Below are positions 12,585-58,155 of a DNA stretch of 64,000 nucleotides, piece after piece; the stretch's first letter is position 1, and every line of letters begins with the position of its first letter. The stretch lies in the NCBI GenBank assembly GCA_964234715.1, contig OZ174281.1, one strand, 5' to 3'. The stretch is from Podarcis melisellensis (taxonomy: Eukaryota). Below the pieces are notes generated by a model. It was not told where the DNA came from. It made no database searches and worked only from the letters and a program-made list of their open reading frames with translations. A program made the position numbers and the translations under genes.

Positions 12585-13589
12585 TAGCTGTCACCAATTC
12601 AAAATAACTCTAGCTACAGACTCAAGAGCTGCATGCACTTGTTGTGCTTTTGCCCTTGTTTTCAAGTGCCAAATATTAGCATATCCAAGCCTGAACTTTT
12701 GAAAGGGTTTCTCAGTGTGACGTCTGCTGCATTCACATGCATGAATTTACTAGACAATATTTGATTGAAAGGGCAGATATCTGAAAAATAATGAAAATTT
12801 CTTAAAGGTTGTCCAGATACGATGAAGCTGACACTTCAGCCACTTTTTATAATACAAGTCAATGAACTGATAAAATATGCCTCAGACTTTATTATTTTTT
12901 ATTTATATCTCTTCTGGTATAGTGCTGTAAATATATCTATGCTATTCATGATGTTCTCTCAGAACGCTACAGTTGCCATAGTTTACCTATTCACGTATGA
13001 AATTAAAAGCCTTGCTAATAAAAATAGAATAAATTTTGTACATTTAATTTGACACGTGTTCTGCTTTATAGCTGTTGGAGTTTTAATCTTCTTTCAGCTG
13101 AAAAGATTATCTGTAGGAGGGTAGAGAACGTGCCTAAACTGAGGTCTCTTTCTCTCTTTAATAAGATGTAGGGGAGCATGCAAAAACAACTTTCTAACTG
13201 AGCCCATCCTCACTCTCTCCTGGCTGACTTGGATATGGGTGGTTATAAACTGAAGTAGATTGAGGCCAGTGCAAATTTCAGCAGTGCCCTTGGTGACATC
13301 AAAATTTGGCACCTCTCATCTTCCAGCTTACATCATAGTTGTGGCACCCCCTGCAGTGCCCCCAAGGCTCCACATCCAGTTTCCTAAATCCACCTCTGGT
13401 GCTGGTTCATGGCTGAGACTGCAGAATAGACTCTGTGAAGGTGCCTTTTATCCCACTGGTGCCTTTGCACAGCTCAGTCAGTCTTGCCTCCACCAGTGTG
13501 ATTCCCCAAGCAGCCCTCCTTACCCACATCCCACATCATCCATGAGGCTCTTCCAACCTTCATGCCCCAAACAGGAAAAGAGATGGTAA

Positions 13590-14039
13590 GGGCACAATGA
13601 ACTGCACCAAAGGGTACTAAAGGAGCTTGTGGATGTAACCTCAGAGCCTCAGAGAGTCCTTGGAGAACAGGTGAGGTCTCTGCAGACTGGAGGTGGGCAA
13701 ATGTTGTCCCTATCTTCAAAAGGTGGGGGAGAAGACGCAGGCAACTACCAACTGATAAGCTTGGCATCAATACCAGGAAAGGCCCTAGAACAGAAAATTA
13801 AACAGTCAGTCTATGAACACTTAGAAAAGGATTACTAAGACCCAGCATGGGTTTCTCGACAACAAGCCATGCCAGACTAATCTCCTTATTTTGTTGATAG
13901 AGTTACAAGCTTGATGGACCAGGGGAATGCTGTGGACATAGTATATCCTGATTTCAGTAAGGCTTTTTACAAAGTGCTCCATTATATTCTTGTGAAGAAG
14001 CTGGTAAAATGTGGACAGGATGAGGTAACTGTTAGGTGG
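13590..14039 (+). mobile_element. CR1 LINE ORF2 (reverse transcriptase) fragment, frameshifted; resumes near 14726-14825 after an insertion
   Basis: Remnants of DWR-ANVVPIFK, GNY-LISLASIPGK-LEQ-IKQ, QHGF, CQTNL and D-GNAVDIVY-DFSKAF-KV motifs. Confidence 0.9.
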
Positions 14040-14721
14040 TGATTAAGAAAAAATAGGGGTGGTTGGCTTTTGCTGCCGACCTCCCCTGAGTCTCCTAAGT
14101 CCATGATCGGTCAGAGATGAATTGATGGAGACAGGATGCAGTGAAAGCAAGGCAAATCTTTATTTTTCTGCTGCAACAGAGTTCCCTTCCCTCCTAGCAA
14201 GGAGGCAAGAGAAGAAACATCTATTTTAAGGGTTTGCATTTTGGCGCAGAGAAGGACATCCCCTCTATAAACAGCAAGAAATTACATCACACATAAGGTG
14301 GGGTTACTGTGGCTCAGGCAGGCCAAGGTGTGATATTCCTGAGGATTTAGCAAGTTTACATAGTTCCAGACACAATTTACACAAAACATTAGCATTTGAT
14401 AAGACAATCAGGATGCCCATCAGACATCCCTCAATGCAGAGCATCTGGGCAAACAATGACAATTAATACAAAGGAGGCTCATAGATATAGGAGAGGAATC
14501 CCTTCAGGAACTTCCCCTGACTGCTATCTGCCTACATGTTCTCAGGCAAGGGGGATTAAGGAGACAGGAAATATTAAGAGTCTTTAGGAGAGCCAAGATG
14601 GCTTTTGGATTGCTATCCTATACTATTTTAGACATGTGGTTTATATACTTATGTAAGTGTGTTTACCTTGTGCAATTATCAACATTTATTCTATATTTGA
14701 GACCTTAGAATTCCTATAACT
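14040..14721 (-). mobile_element. Probable solo LTR (682 bp) inserted in the CR1 fragment
   Basis: Interrupts the CR1; 4-bp TSD GTGG (14036-14039, 14722-14725); termini TG...CT (one mismatch to TG...CA); minus-strand AATAAA at 14159-14164. Confidence 0.6.
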
Positions 14722-17513
14722 GTGGTTCAGCTGACTGAACAACCAAAGAGTGCTCACTAACCGTTCCTTGTCGTTGGATGTGAGTGCTATTTTAGGCTGC
14801 ATCAACAGAAATATAGTGGTCAAGTGAAGAAATAGTACTATTACATTGCTATTACTATTATTATTATTCTCCTCGTCTCCATGTTTTGAGAGCTTGTGAA
14901 GATGATGGATAATTATATATAGGCTAGGGTATGGTATATCTTAAGGAGGATTGTCTCCTCCCATCAAATCAGCTGAACAGGTTCTCCTTTGGGTCCTTGC
15001 TATATCCAAAGCACAGTTGGTGAGAGCCTTTTAGGTGATAGTACTCCAACTGTGGAACTCTGTCCCAAAAAAGCCATCTGGCACTCACTCTAATGATATT
15101 TTTTATTTGTCATTGGTTAAAGTTTTATTAATTCCAGAATCAATTTGTAGTTTGTCTGGCTGATGTCCCTAATATTTGGAAGATGAAGGAGAAAACAAAC
15201 TCCACATGTTCTGGCTTTAAACTTTTCTGTGGAACTTTTATTTTTGCTTCCTCTTCTATTCAGAATGCTCCAAACTTTTTTATTATAGATGTCAGACTTC
15301 TGACACTCTTAATTCTGTTATAGAATCCAGGCATTGCCTTCCATGACTGAAGTGCTCCTTTTGCCCACCAAAGACTTTGAATCCACAAAACTGGAGAAAG
15401 AGACAAGGCAATCCTTGTTGATTCGCAGCCCCTTCACCTCCTGCAACCCCTAGCACCACCTCTCACTTTTCCAGAGGGATCCCCGCCCAAGTCCCAGCAC
15501 AGTGTGAGAGGTGATGCTGGAGGCATCAGGGGCAGAGAAGAATTGGCAAAAAAACCCTTCACGTGCGAGATCATCCTCTAAGTGGTACTCTTAGTTTACT
15601 AAAATTAATAACTATATGGCATTCATATTTAAAGCTGCTTTTATTGTCCAGAATCATATGTTTGGATACATGTATTTGTTTGTATTGCTGCTTCTTTGTA
15701 CTGAAATTGCATTTATTATTCCCCTCTTCTTTCAATTTCGTAAGCTTAGAAAAAGTTCTGCATGAGTATATACAGACTTATACTTGCCATCTGTTTGTTA
15801 AATAATCTGAGCACAAGAGAGACTTGAATCTCTATACTTTGTCTGCATTAGAAAACAAAAGCAGTCATCTAAATACAAGCATTATTGTTTCCCCTAAGAT
15901 GCTTGCTCCTTTCTGTTACATTTTTCCGCTAAAATGAAGACAAAAGAAATGTCAGTGCTCAGGAAGATTTTGTGTCAGTATGTGGTAGGGGCATGAATTG
16001 AAAAGGATCAGTGAATCAGATGTAATTTGGGTTATGTTTGAGATACCAAATCTGTGTTTTGCTGACGGCCACTATTCCTTTTTCTCCTCCCCGAAAAGCT
16101 GCATAGGCATTTCTATCAAACAGAAAGAACTTTATCCCTGTTTTCTTTCTGGCATGCCTATGATGACTTTGTTCAATGAGCAAAGAGGATTATGGGAAGT
16201 GGAACTAGGTGGGATGTTTGAGTAAAGATGTGTAAATGACTTTCATTGTGGATATGAGGACTGAACATTCTTAGGATAGTATTTTTCCCTTTCAGGTAGC
16301 TTTTAAAAACAGTCTATTTATCTTAATTTAATTAGCTCAGGTGGGGAGGGAGACACATAGAATCTAAAATGTCATTTTAAAAAGTGGCTGCAAGTCATGG
16401 GTATAACATCAAAATCCCACATTTCTTATCGTCACAAAAAGAAAAGAAATTCTTGAAAATGCACTTTTGAAAAATAAAAGTACAGAATTTAAGTTTTCTC
16501 TCCTGTACAAATACCTAGATACTGCAGCTCAGGGATATCAAGCCTTTTTGGACTAATGGGCAGATTTTGAAACTTGCTTCCTTGGAGCAGGAGTGGCATA
16601 ACATATAATGGCTGCCGTTGGTAGTGGTATAACACAAAATGGTTGCCATGAGGAGCGTCGCATCACACAAAATTAGAGAGACAACCACCCACAAAAACTC
16701 TATGCTTATATGCCCTGCTAGTTCTAATTATCAACATCTCTCTCCCTCTACCTCCCCCTCCCTCTCACACTGTTGCTGTCTAATAAAAACAGGTAGCATT
16801 CCTCAGTTACCAGCAAAATATAGAAAGTAACCACACCACTCTCGTTTCATATAAATCAGAAGGTACCTGCACATTTTGCCACATAACTTTCTTTCTAGGA
16901 TGGCTACAGACTTTACTTTTTGAAAAAAATGATAGCTCAAAGTCTGGGGCACCTGCCCAGGGGCACCCCTAGAATTCCTCACTGGCACCATGACATCCAC
17001 AGGTGCTGAGTTATCAACCCCTGCCCTAGCTGATTGAAAGAGTGCATTTATTCCTATCTACTGATTTTATTTCACTTTAAAAATAAACTTAACCTGTGTA
17101 TTGCATTACTATGTCAATCTTTAAACATTTGTTACAGTGCAATCTCTTTAGGAAAATTTCACAAAACTGTAGTAACATGATTTGTGAAATTGGTCTAACT
17201 TATCATTGACATTTTGCCGTAAGAAATTATGCCAAATTTCAAAAATTGGGGCAAAGGTTTCCCGAGTGTATCAAAATATGCAGTAATTCTAAACTAAATA
17301 GTAGTTCATGCCTTTCAACTTTTGATTTGCCCAATGGAGATTTTTTTTTATATATAATCCCATTTACCGGGAGGGGGATTATTTAATCTGTATTCTCAGA
17401 AAAACATTTTTTATCGGCTAAATTCTCAGAACCACATTTGAAATAGTTGCATCAAACCATTATTAGTGCTAGGAGGCCAAAATAACCGGTACATTAGTTG
17501 TTATATATGCTCA

Positions 17514-17580
17514 CATAGAATTGTAAAGTTGGAATCTTTACTCAAAGGATCATCTAGTCCAACCCCCTACAATGCAGGAA
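17514..17580 (-). mobile_element. Isolated CR1-type SINE tail fragment
   Basis: Reverse complement TTCCTGCATTGTAGGGGGTTGGACTAGATGATCC...TTCCAACTTTACAATTCTATG matches the tail of the three SINEs above. Confidence 0.75.
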
Positions 17581-20500
17581 AAACACTTTAAACCATAGAG
17601 AATCCAATGAATATAATGCATTTTGATTTTTTAAAATGTCTTGCAATATTGCATTTTTATGGACATTTGCCATTTTGCACACAACTTTTTAGTTGGAAAA
17701 TTGCATCACAGAATTTGGAGGAGTGCAAATTTCAAAAGCTACCTTTGTCACAGTTTGCATATTGTTCTGGGAAGTGAATTATACCAGTCCTTATAAAAAT
17801 GCAATCTGAACCAAAATTGTCCTTTGTCCATACTACCAAACTGCATTATATTAAACATATAGTTTTATACTGTATCTGTTTGTTTGGTTGGTTCTTTGGT
17901 TGGTTGGTTTGAAAAAAAAAATCATAACTGGCAGGAGGACTAATCAGAAACATAGCACATGGGAAAGGGCAAACCTTTTGTTTTCACAGCACCATCCTAG
18001 CTAAAATTCTCCCTTACCTGAGATTCCTGTTTGCATGGGAGGGCAGCTGTAACTTGTGACAGCGACTACTTCCCTTCTGTGTCAAACAGCGATTTGGTAG
18101 GGGGTGTCAATCTAGAAGAAAGGGTTAAATCTCCCTGATCTTGATATGCCCCTCTTCAGCTTCTGTTTACAGTTTAAAAAGAAGCATACAGTGTCAAACT
18201 CTTTTTTTAATATAATATTTAGTCCTTAAACACCTTCTTTTCCTTCTCCTGTTGCATCCAGACCATTGCCATATCCTGCTGTTTCAACCTCTCTCATCTG
18301 CTGCCTGATCATCACCATGGAGTCATTGACTGCAGATCATTTCCCTTTATCATCTATTACTTCTTTGCAGTGTATTAGCTCAGAAATCTTACATTAATTT
18401 TTTTGTGTGTCTCCCTTCTATCTGTTTGGATCGCCACTGCTTATGGTATCACAGTACCACCAATATACATAGCTGCAACAATGCTTGTGCCAGTGCTGTT
18501 ACCGTAGCATCCTGCATTTGACAGCCTGGACAAATCTCCCCTGCAGTATAATCTCATTATAAAAGATTACCACCAAATCTTTGACATTTAGGATTGCACT
18601 AGCCTTGCTGTTTCCATGGTGAGAGATTTATTTAGGATAGCACTTTGCTGAATTATTCTGTCTTGTGTCCATCATGTTCCCAGTGTTCTTTACCTAATTT
18701 TAGAGTCCGTAATAGATTTCAGTGACAATGGTACTTTGGTATTTTCAGTAGCACAAAGCCATACATGTCCATCAGTAGATCACCTGGCAAACAGAACTCC
18801 CTATTTGATGTTGTCCTAGTTTGTTGTTGGCTGCAGTACAGAGAAACTCACATAAAGGTTTCCCCATCACCACCTTCCCCTTAAACAGAAGTCTTCCAAA
18901 ATTAGACAAGTATTCTTGTTGTGCTATTCGGGTTGTTGGTCAAAGAAAAGAAATTGCTTGGCTTGTACAAAAAAAAAAAGTAATATATGCACTTGAGATG
19001 CAGCGTGATTATTATTGCTGAACATACACTTTAATTGCCTGATAAATGAAGCTGGTTAATTGAAGATTATACTAGTAAGGTACATGAGATTAGAGACAAA
19101 TTTTACAAGTGCTATGAATTATTCATATCATTAGATATGAGTGTAAATGGTTTAGTTCTCTGGTGTAATCTAAACGAGATTGCATGCTTAGTACTTTGGG
19201 TTTTGTATTGTACACCTCAGTACATACGGTTTCACAAGAGAACCCTGTATAATGCCATAAGACTCAGGAACGTAGTTACTTTGTGTTGTTGAATAAATTA
19301 GTTTGATTTTTTTCCACTGTTGGGTAACTTTGTGTCATTAGATAATGTGAACATACGCCCTTTGAGTTATAAGTGTGAGAGATCAGATGGGACAGATCCA
19401 ACCCACAAAGTTTTGTTTTTATATTGTATGCCCCAAACAGCATGGACTGATTTCTGTTGAATATTTGCTGAGAAGCAATTAACACAGCCTTTTAGGTACA
19501 TGCCATCTTCTATCTAAGCTGACAGCAACATTTAGTGATGCTCATAGTGAAACAGTTGTATTAATGGCCTATCAAGAACATGAATGAACCTTGACTACTC
19601 AGCCTGACTAGGTAGAGCTTATTTTTATTTACTTATTATGTTTGAGCCAAATTCTTCCTCCAGGGAGTTCATATGATGGAAGCCGTTGCCTTAAAAGGTT
19701 CAATTCCTTCCTTGTATTTTGTAGGCTGATTTAAGGCCTTCCTTTTGGGAGAGGCCTTTTTTATTTAGTTGGGTACTAGTGATTCTGACTACTGTTGAGC
19801 CAAGGTAGAGTACAGAAAGATTTTGTGGAAAAGTTCCACCAAAATATAAAATTCTACCATTTAGATTTATGGGGATGGTGGGTTGACTTTGTGAACGGTT
19901 AACTTAAGGAAACCTGATTTTTAGAATTGTCTGTGGTGACTAGGATCATCCGTATGACCAGAACAGAATACATCTGCTGTCATTCAAATGGGCTTCATTT
20001 GTACAGCCATCTCTTGATCCCCAACTGTGATCACAGGAAAGTTGGAGTGACCAGGGCAAGCGCAGAGGTAGAAAATACATACACACCTCAGAGAGATGGA
20101 ATTAAGAAACATAGACCTCTCCATTCCCATTTTCAAAAGACCTATCCTATTTTGTGGGTGCTTATGCCTACATAATAGATGTTCCCCATTAAGTGAGCAC
20201 GCCTAAGCTGCAGTCCCAGGTATTCTCACTCTGTAAGTGCCATTGAACTTAAATATATTTCTGAGCATACGTGCAAGGCCAGTGAAAAATGAGGCCACTC
20301 TGACTTTCCTGCAATCCTCCCTGAAGCCTCTTAAGAAAAATTGCTGGCTTTTCATCTATCTTCTTTTAAAACATCATTATTCCACAATGAAAAGAATTCA
20401 TTGTGGAAGTGAAACGGGGTCACCCAAAAATAATATGCTGATTTCATATTCGGGGGATCCCCTAGGTATGCAGAAGTATATCTGCTTGTAAATTTAAGGG

Positions 20501-21408
20501 GGGGATGACTTTGTAAACTTCTGGAACCTATGGTATGTTGAGGACCCAAAGATGAGAAAATTCCTAGGGAACTTATTTATTGTCTGGAGAGGGAGCTTCA
20601 GAGTTCATAGTGAATGCTATTTTCTCCCATAAAACAATAGCTGTGATGGGACATCAGTGTGCCCCATCCACAAACAAGAGTTGGCATTTTTTTCTTTTAA
20701 CTCTGGTCTTATTTCATGTGAAAAAATAGGGTGGATGTTTTCTGGTTTTAGTTTAAGAAACACATTGCAAATGGCACTGCAACCCATTATCTCCATTTTA
20801 AACCAGACAGATTGTGTGAGTCAGTAAATTTAGTCTGTGGCTGAAGACTATTGAGCTATTCAGGTTAAAAGTATCACTTTAAATAGAAGTGGCTAACCTG
20901 CGAATCTTCAGGTGTTGTTGGACATTGAGTCCCATCAGCCCTAACCACCATAGACCATGTATGGCCAGCAATAATGAGAGATTTAGTTCAGCAGTAGATG
21001 GAGTGCCACAGGTTCTCCACCTTTGAGTTGGAAGGAAGGGGACCTTTTTGAGGCTCTGTCAGTGTATTGTATGCTACAGGTAAGGGTTCAGGTGAGGAGG
21101 ATGTGCATTCTGAAGTTAAAAAGAAAAAGAAAACCTCTGTACCCCATGCTATACTTCCATCCCTCAACCCAGTAGTGCTCAGGTTTAGGGCAGGGTCTTT
21201 TATACTTGTGCGGTATAGCACAACGGGGGTGGGGGGGGGTGGAATGTATGTAGTGCAATCCTTCAAACAGAACTCTTGTTAGGTTCTGGTAATGTACTGC
21301 ATCATTTTATTACAGGTCCCCAGTTAGAATGTTGTGATTCTGAATAATAAGGTTTTTTATTTTATGTTATTTTTCATTCTTTGCCATTCATCTTGGCTAT
21401 TCCTATTA

Positions 21409-21634
21409 CAGTGGTACCTCGAGTTACATACGCTTCAGGTTACAGACTCTGCTAACTCAGAAATATTACCTCGAGTTAACAACTTTGCTTCAGGATGAGA
21501 ACATAAATCATGCAGTGGCGGCGCAGCGGCAGCAGGAGGCCCTATTAGCTAAAGTGGTGCTTCAGGTTAAGAACAGTTTCAGGTTAAGAACAGACCTCCA
21601 GAACGAATTAAGTTCTTAACCCGAGGTACCACTG
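21409..21634. mobile_element. Tc1/mariner MITE
   Basis: TA|CAGTGGTACCTCG...CGAGGTACCACTG|TA: perfect 13-bp TIR and TA TSD. Confidence 0.9.
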
Positions 21635-23601
21635 TATTCTTAAATCATTGACTGCCTAATAGAGTTATGGCAGAGCCAAATTTCGCCTAAGCCACAAGTT
21701 CAGGCTACAATTCTTTACAGCCCATGACATCCCTCTTCTTGGATTGCTTTACAGGGCTGTTGCAATTGTTACTAATATAATGTACTGTAGATGAAACCCA
21801 CTGAACGAATGCTATTATGGTGATTAATAAGTAATCATATCAAAGCTTGAGCTGCTGAATGAATCAGTTCTTTGAGGTATTATATTTAGAGAGGAGCCCT
21901 TGTCAGGGAAGTTATGGCAAAGCATTTAAAAACAATGTTTAAAATAATATTTTGAATCAGTTTGTAGCTAGTAATTTATTTGGGTACTGTATATAACGAT
22001 CAGTAACATCACCTTGGTGATTTTTGTGCTTCAGTGATCACAGCACACCAAGTAAAGAAATATTTTGTTGGAATATATGCAAAACCATTTATTTTAAGAT
22101 AGTTGCTATATGTTATAGTGTTGTGACTAACATGCACACACCTTTCAATTTAGTTCAGGAAAACATCAGCATTAATAAAGTCTATTTCTACAGAGGAAAA
22201 TGTTTCTTATCTGACCACTAATACTAATTGAAAAATGATAATTATTCTTTCTTGCTGAATGCTGAAACATATTAAGGTTACTGATTTGAATCATACTTTC
22301 AAGGCATACAGGGGAGCAAAAACTGTCCACAACACAATATATAATTTAATTATGGCTAGTTATATATATCAGTATAATTTGTTAATGTGTACTCTTTGCA
22401 GAAGAGAATTATTCTGCCAGGGCACTGACAATTTTATACATTTTCAGCAAGGGACTGTCAAAAGAGAACCATTTTCATTGAATTTCATAGCATTCAGTTG
22501 CCTGAAGGAAGAATATCAATGAGGAAGGTACCAGCTTCATTTTTTAGTTATTCAGCTATATTGATATATGAACTAAAAAAATAAAACAAAAAACCCAACC
22601 GCAAACCCATTTCTTAGAAGACCCCGTCTATGACATTAGAACCATCCAGTTAGAATATTCCCCTTCCTAAACACACAGCAAAATGATGGGCACTTGACAG
22701 TGAATTAGATTTCTCTTTGAGATGGATGTTTTTAAGGCCGTAAGCTCTGTAGTTGCCAATATTTTTTTCTGTACTTTTGCTTAAATTTGTTGTATGAGTT
22801 TTTCAGTGGTTGCTTACAAAGTCACTCATGTAATTTGCAGTGTGTTTGTGGAGATGCCTGATGTTTTAGGATAGCTGTCCATCCTGAAGTTGTGTAGGAG
22901 TAAGCACTCACTCATCCTCCTTGTTTGATTTCATTATTAGAGAGAATTGTTCAGCATTTATTCTGGCATCAGTATATTTAAAGGACACAACTTCCCAGCT
23001 TTGAATTGAAAGGGAAGATGGGAATTGTTTTGCTGGGGCAAAACCAGTTTTAAAAATCCTGCTGCCCTTTTCTTTTTTTTAAAAAAAACCAACAACATAT
23101 TTTTTATTAAAGATTTATTGGTTTTCAAAAGTATGTACAATGTCTCTTTTTTCTAGCCCTTTTCATGCTTTGGAACAGAAAAGGAGGGAGGAAGCTGGAA
23201 ATGTTGGGGTTGGGGTTGGCAACTACAATTTGGGACTTTGCCAACAAAGTCCAACCAAAAGTTCTCATTAATTCAACAAGTCTTGCATTTGACACCTTTC
23301 TAGGAGATTGTGGCTCATAGATAATGCATTAATGGGAAATTGAAGTTCGTTTTTTAGTTCCTTTCTTACTCACTTATTTATGATGGTAAATTAACAGCGG
23401 GGTTCTTGTTTTATAATACTAAAAGGTGGGAAGTTTTTATTTTGTCCTTGGAAACAGAATTTAAATACGGGATAATATTGGTTTTGGACAAATTGCAGCA
23501 AATAATACAGGTTAAACTGGGATGTGTTTTTTTTACACCACTTTTAAACTGGGATGTGTGTTTTTTACACCAGTTTGACCCTTGATATTGTGTTTTTGCA
23601 G

Positions 23602-55673
<32,072 letters not shown>

Positions 55674-56409
55674 ACCTGACGAGCAGAGGAGGCGATGGCT
55701 GGATGTTGCGTTTGGACAAGTACAAACCTTTCCACTGGTATTCCCAACAAGCGTACAGAAGCTAGGCTTTAACTTTGTAGTCTACTAGCACAAGTGCTTG
55801 CTGAAGGCTTTGGCATAGGCTGCAAACCTATTTGGGCTCACTGGGAATATCAGTCATCCAATGCTGTTTGGAAAAAAAATGGAAAACAAACAATTGAGCT
55901 CAGTTACACTTGAATTTTACAGTACAGAAGCACTGGGATTTTATGTGCCTTTTTGTACCTTTTTCAGATTGGAATTAGTTTTATGTTTAAGGCTTTAAAT
56001 GGTACTGATTTATGAAAAGATGAGACAAACCACATTGGGGTGGGGAGAAAGTTCAATCACCAATATGCTTCAACATGCTTTTGTTACATTGCATTGCTTT
56101 TATTAAAATAAGGAAATTGGAAAAAGAAAAAAAAAAACCTCATGGGGAAATTTTGTTATTTGGGGGAGGGGGGAGAAGGCCATGAAAATGAAAAAAAAAT
56201 GTACAATACTTCTAGTTTTAGATGATAGGGTTTTTCACTAAAATTCTAAAACTTATGCAGCTGGTTGCAAATAAAGGGAGTTTTCATATCACCAGTTTGT
56301 AGCAGAACTGATTTTCTTTTCTTATGATAGAATGTTAGACACATTTTGGTCTTAATCCATATACACATTTTTTAAAGCATTTTACAATACTTTTTTTCCC
56401 ACTTCACTG

Positions 56410-56564
56410 NNNNNNNNNNNNNNNNNNNNNNNNNNNNNNNNNNNNNNNNNNNNNNNNNNNNNNNNNNNNNNNNNNNNNNNNNNNNNNNNNNNNNNNNNNN
56501 NNNNNNNNNNNNNNNNNNNNNNNNNNNNNNNNNNNNNNNNNNNNNNNNNNNNNNNNNNNNNNNN
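56410..56564. other. Assembly gap (155 N) inside the 3' UTR
   Basis: Run of N in the sequence. Confidence 1.
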
Positions 56565-56895
56565 AAACAAGTGACATTGATTCAATTGTTGAGCTGTAGT
56601 TAGAGTACTCAAGGTTTGGGTTTTTTTAATTATTTTGTTTTCGTTTTTATTTGTTTGGGGAGGGAGAAAAGTTCTTAGCACAAATGTTTTACATAATTTG
56701 TACCAAAAACAAGCAAACAAAATGAAGACATGAAGACAGAGAGATAAAACTCAAGGGATAGCCTGATACTGATGGCTCAAGCAATTACACAGTATGTTAA
56801 AAAGAGCTTTTAAACCAGAGAGACGTCTGACAACAGCTTTGCCTCTGTATTATGTACCAGAATATAAATGATACACCCCTGACCCCAATGTTCTG

Positions 56896-56901
56896 AATAA
56901 A
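56896..56901 (+). terminator. Distal polyadenylation signal AATAAA
   Basis: Canonical hexamer with TGTA elements upstream (ctgtattatgtacc) and GT/T-rich sequence downstream. Confidence 0.8.
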
Positions 56902-57923
56902 ATGCTAATTTTGGATCTTGTGACTGGATTGAACTTCTTTCCACTTGAAGAGCATGAATTGGAATTTTTTTTTAAAAAAATCAGGAAACACTAACAGAAA
57001 AAGCCATAATATTTCATTCAGAAGGCTAACAAAAATATTTTAATACTTCCTTGTCTTTTGATCCAGCAAATCCCCTTGTTGAAGTGAGGACACCAATCAA
57101 TAGACAGAAGGGTCACATCATGACAAGGTCTTCCCCTTATTTACTACAGTGAAGGGAGCATTTCTGCACAGAAACTTTTGCGAGCACCAAGATGTCTCTG
57201 TCATTGCATTGAGTAGGGAAGCATGCATCTCTGAGCAGATGAGGTACTGAGCTATGGGTACCGTGATGTGAAGATTAGGCCATATCTCTTACATGAGCCC
57301 CATTGGGATAAATGTGAATTGTATATAAAAACGCAGGTGCATGGTATCGTGGGAGCTAAAACTTGGGTGTAAAGCCCAACGAGAGGATTCCATGAAAGTG
57401 GGAAACTGAAAATTTTGGCAGGCCTCCTTGAATTAGCCCAGAATTCTGACATATTGTTGGTGAATGCAACAGATACAATATGATAATGGAATGACTTTGG
57501 GAAGTGGGAATTAGTGTGCCAATCAGTAGGTCTATGTCGGAGGGTAGTGGGGGTGGTGAAGGATCCAGCTTGTGGACAGATCCTGAATGTTGCCACCCTG
57601 CCATTCAGTTGGTGTCATCATGACATCAGGTAACTTAAAAGGAAATAATCAAGGTTGATCTCCCCATTGTTTCTTTTCCTCCTTTGTTGTCATGACATGG
57701 TCAGAAGCTCCCCCTTTTCTTTTGCAGCTTGCCTGAGTGCCAGTTCAACCAACCCATGTCTGCAAAGGCCCAGTTGGGCCTTGCATTCAGCATTGAATTG
57801 AAATTCATCACCCAATGCAAACCCAAGTGGGAACTCACTGGTGAAGCGGATCCAAGCAGAGCCTGCATTGGACCCCATATTAGAAAATGCTGAATGGTAC
57901 CCAATGGGGAGCACATTCTAATG

Positions 57924-58155
57924 GAGGAGTTGGCAAGGTTTACCTACATGGGCCGGATTGCACGTGAGCGCGTGCACCTGTGATTTCCATCATCTGCGCA
58001 GACACGATTTCCGGTGCCGCAGAAGCAAGCCCCCATGCCGCGCTGTGCCAGTTTAACGCAGTGCATGGGGACTCGCTGAGCGGGCAGCTCGTGGGCCGGT
58101 TAAACGACCCCCATGGGCCGCTTGTGGCCCATGGGCCTTAGGTTGCCCACCCCTG
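57924..58155. mobile_element. hAT MITE, CpG-rich
   Basis: Ends GGTTGCCCACCCCTG; perfect 8-bp TSD TTCTAATG (57916-57923, 58156-58163). Confidence 0.88.

Larger units (their letters stand above)
55674..56920 (+). other. CDH2 3' UTR (3' end approximate)
   Basis: AT-rich sequence after the stop with no recognisable repeats, ending at ttctgAATAAAatgctaattttggatc, which resembles the end of vertebrate CDH2 mRNAs as I recall it. Confidence 0.8.

Noticed and set aside
13629-13838. Intact retrotransposon gene
   Set aside because: The CR1 RT fragment has frameshifts, deletions, stops and a nested insertion.
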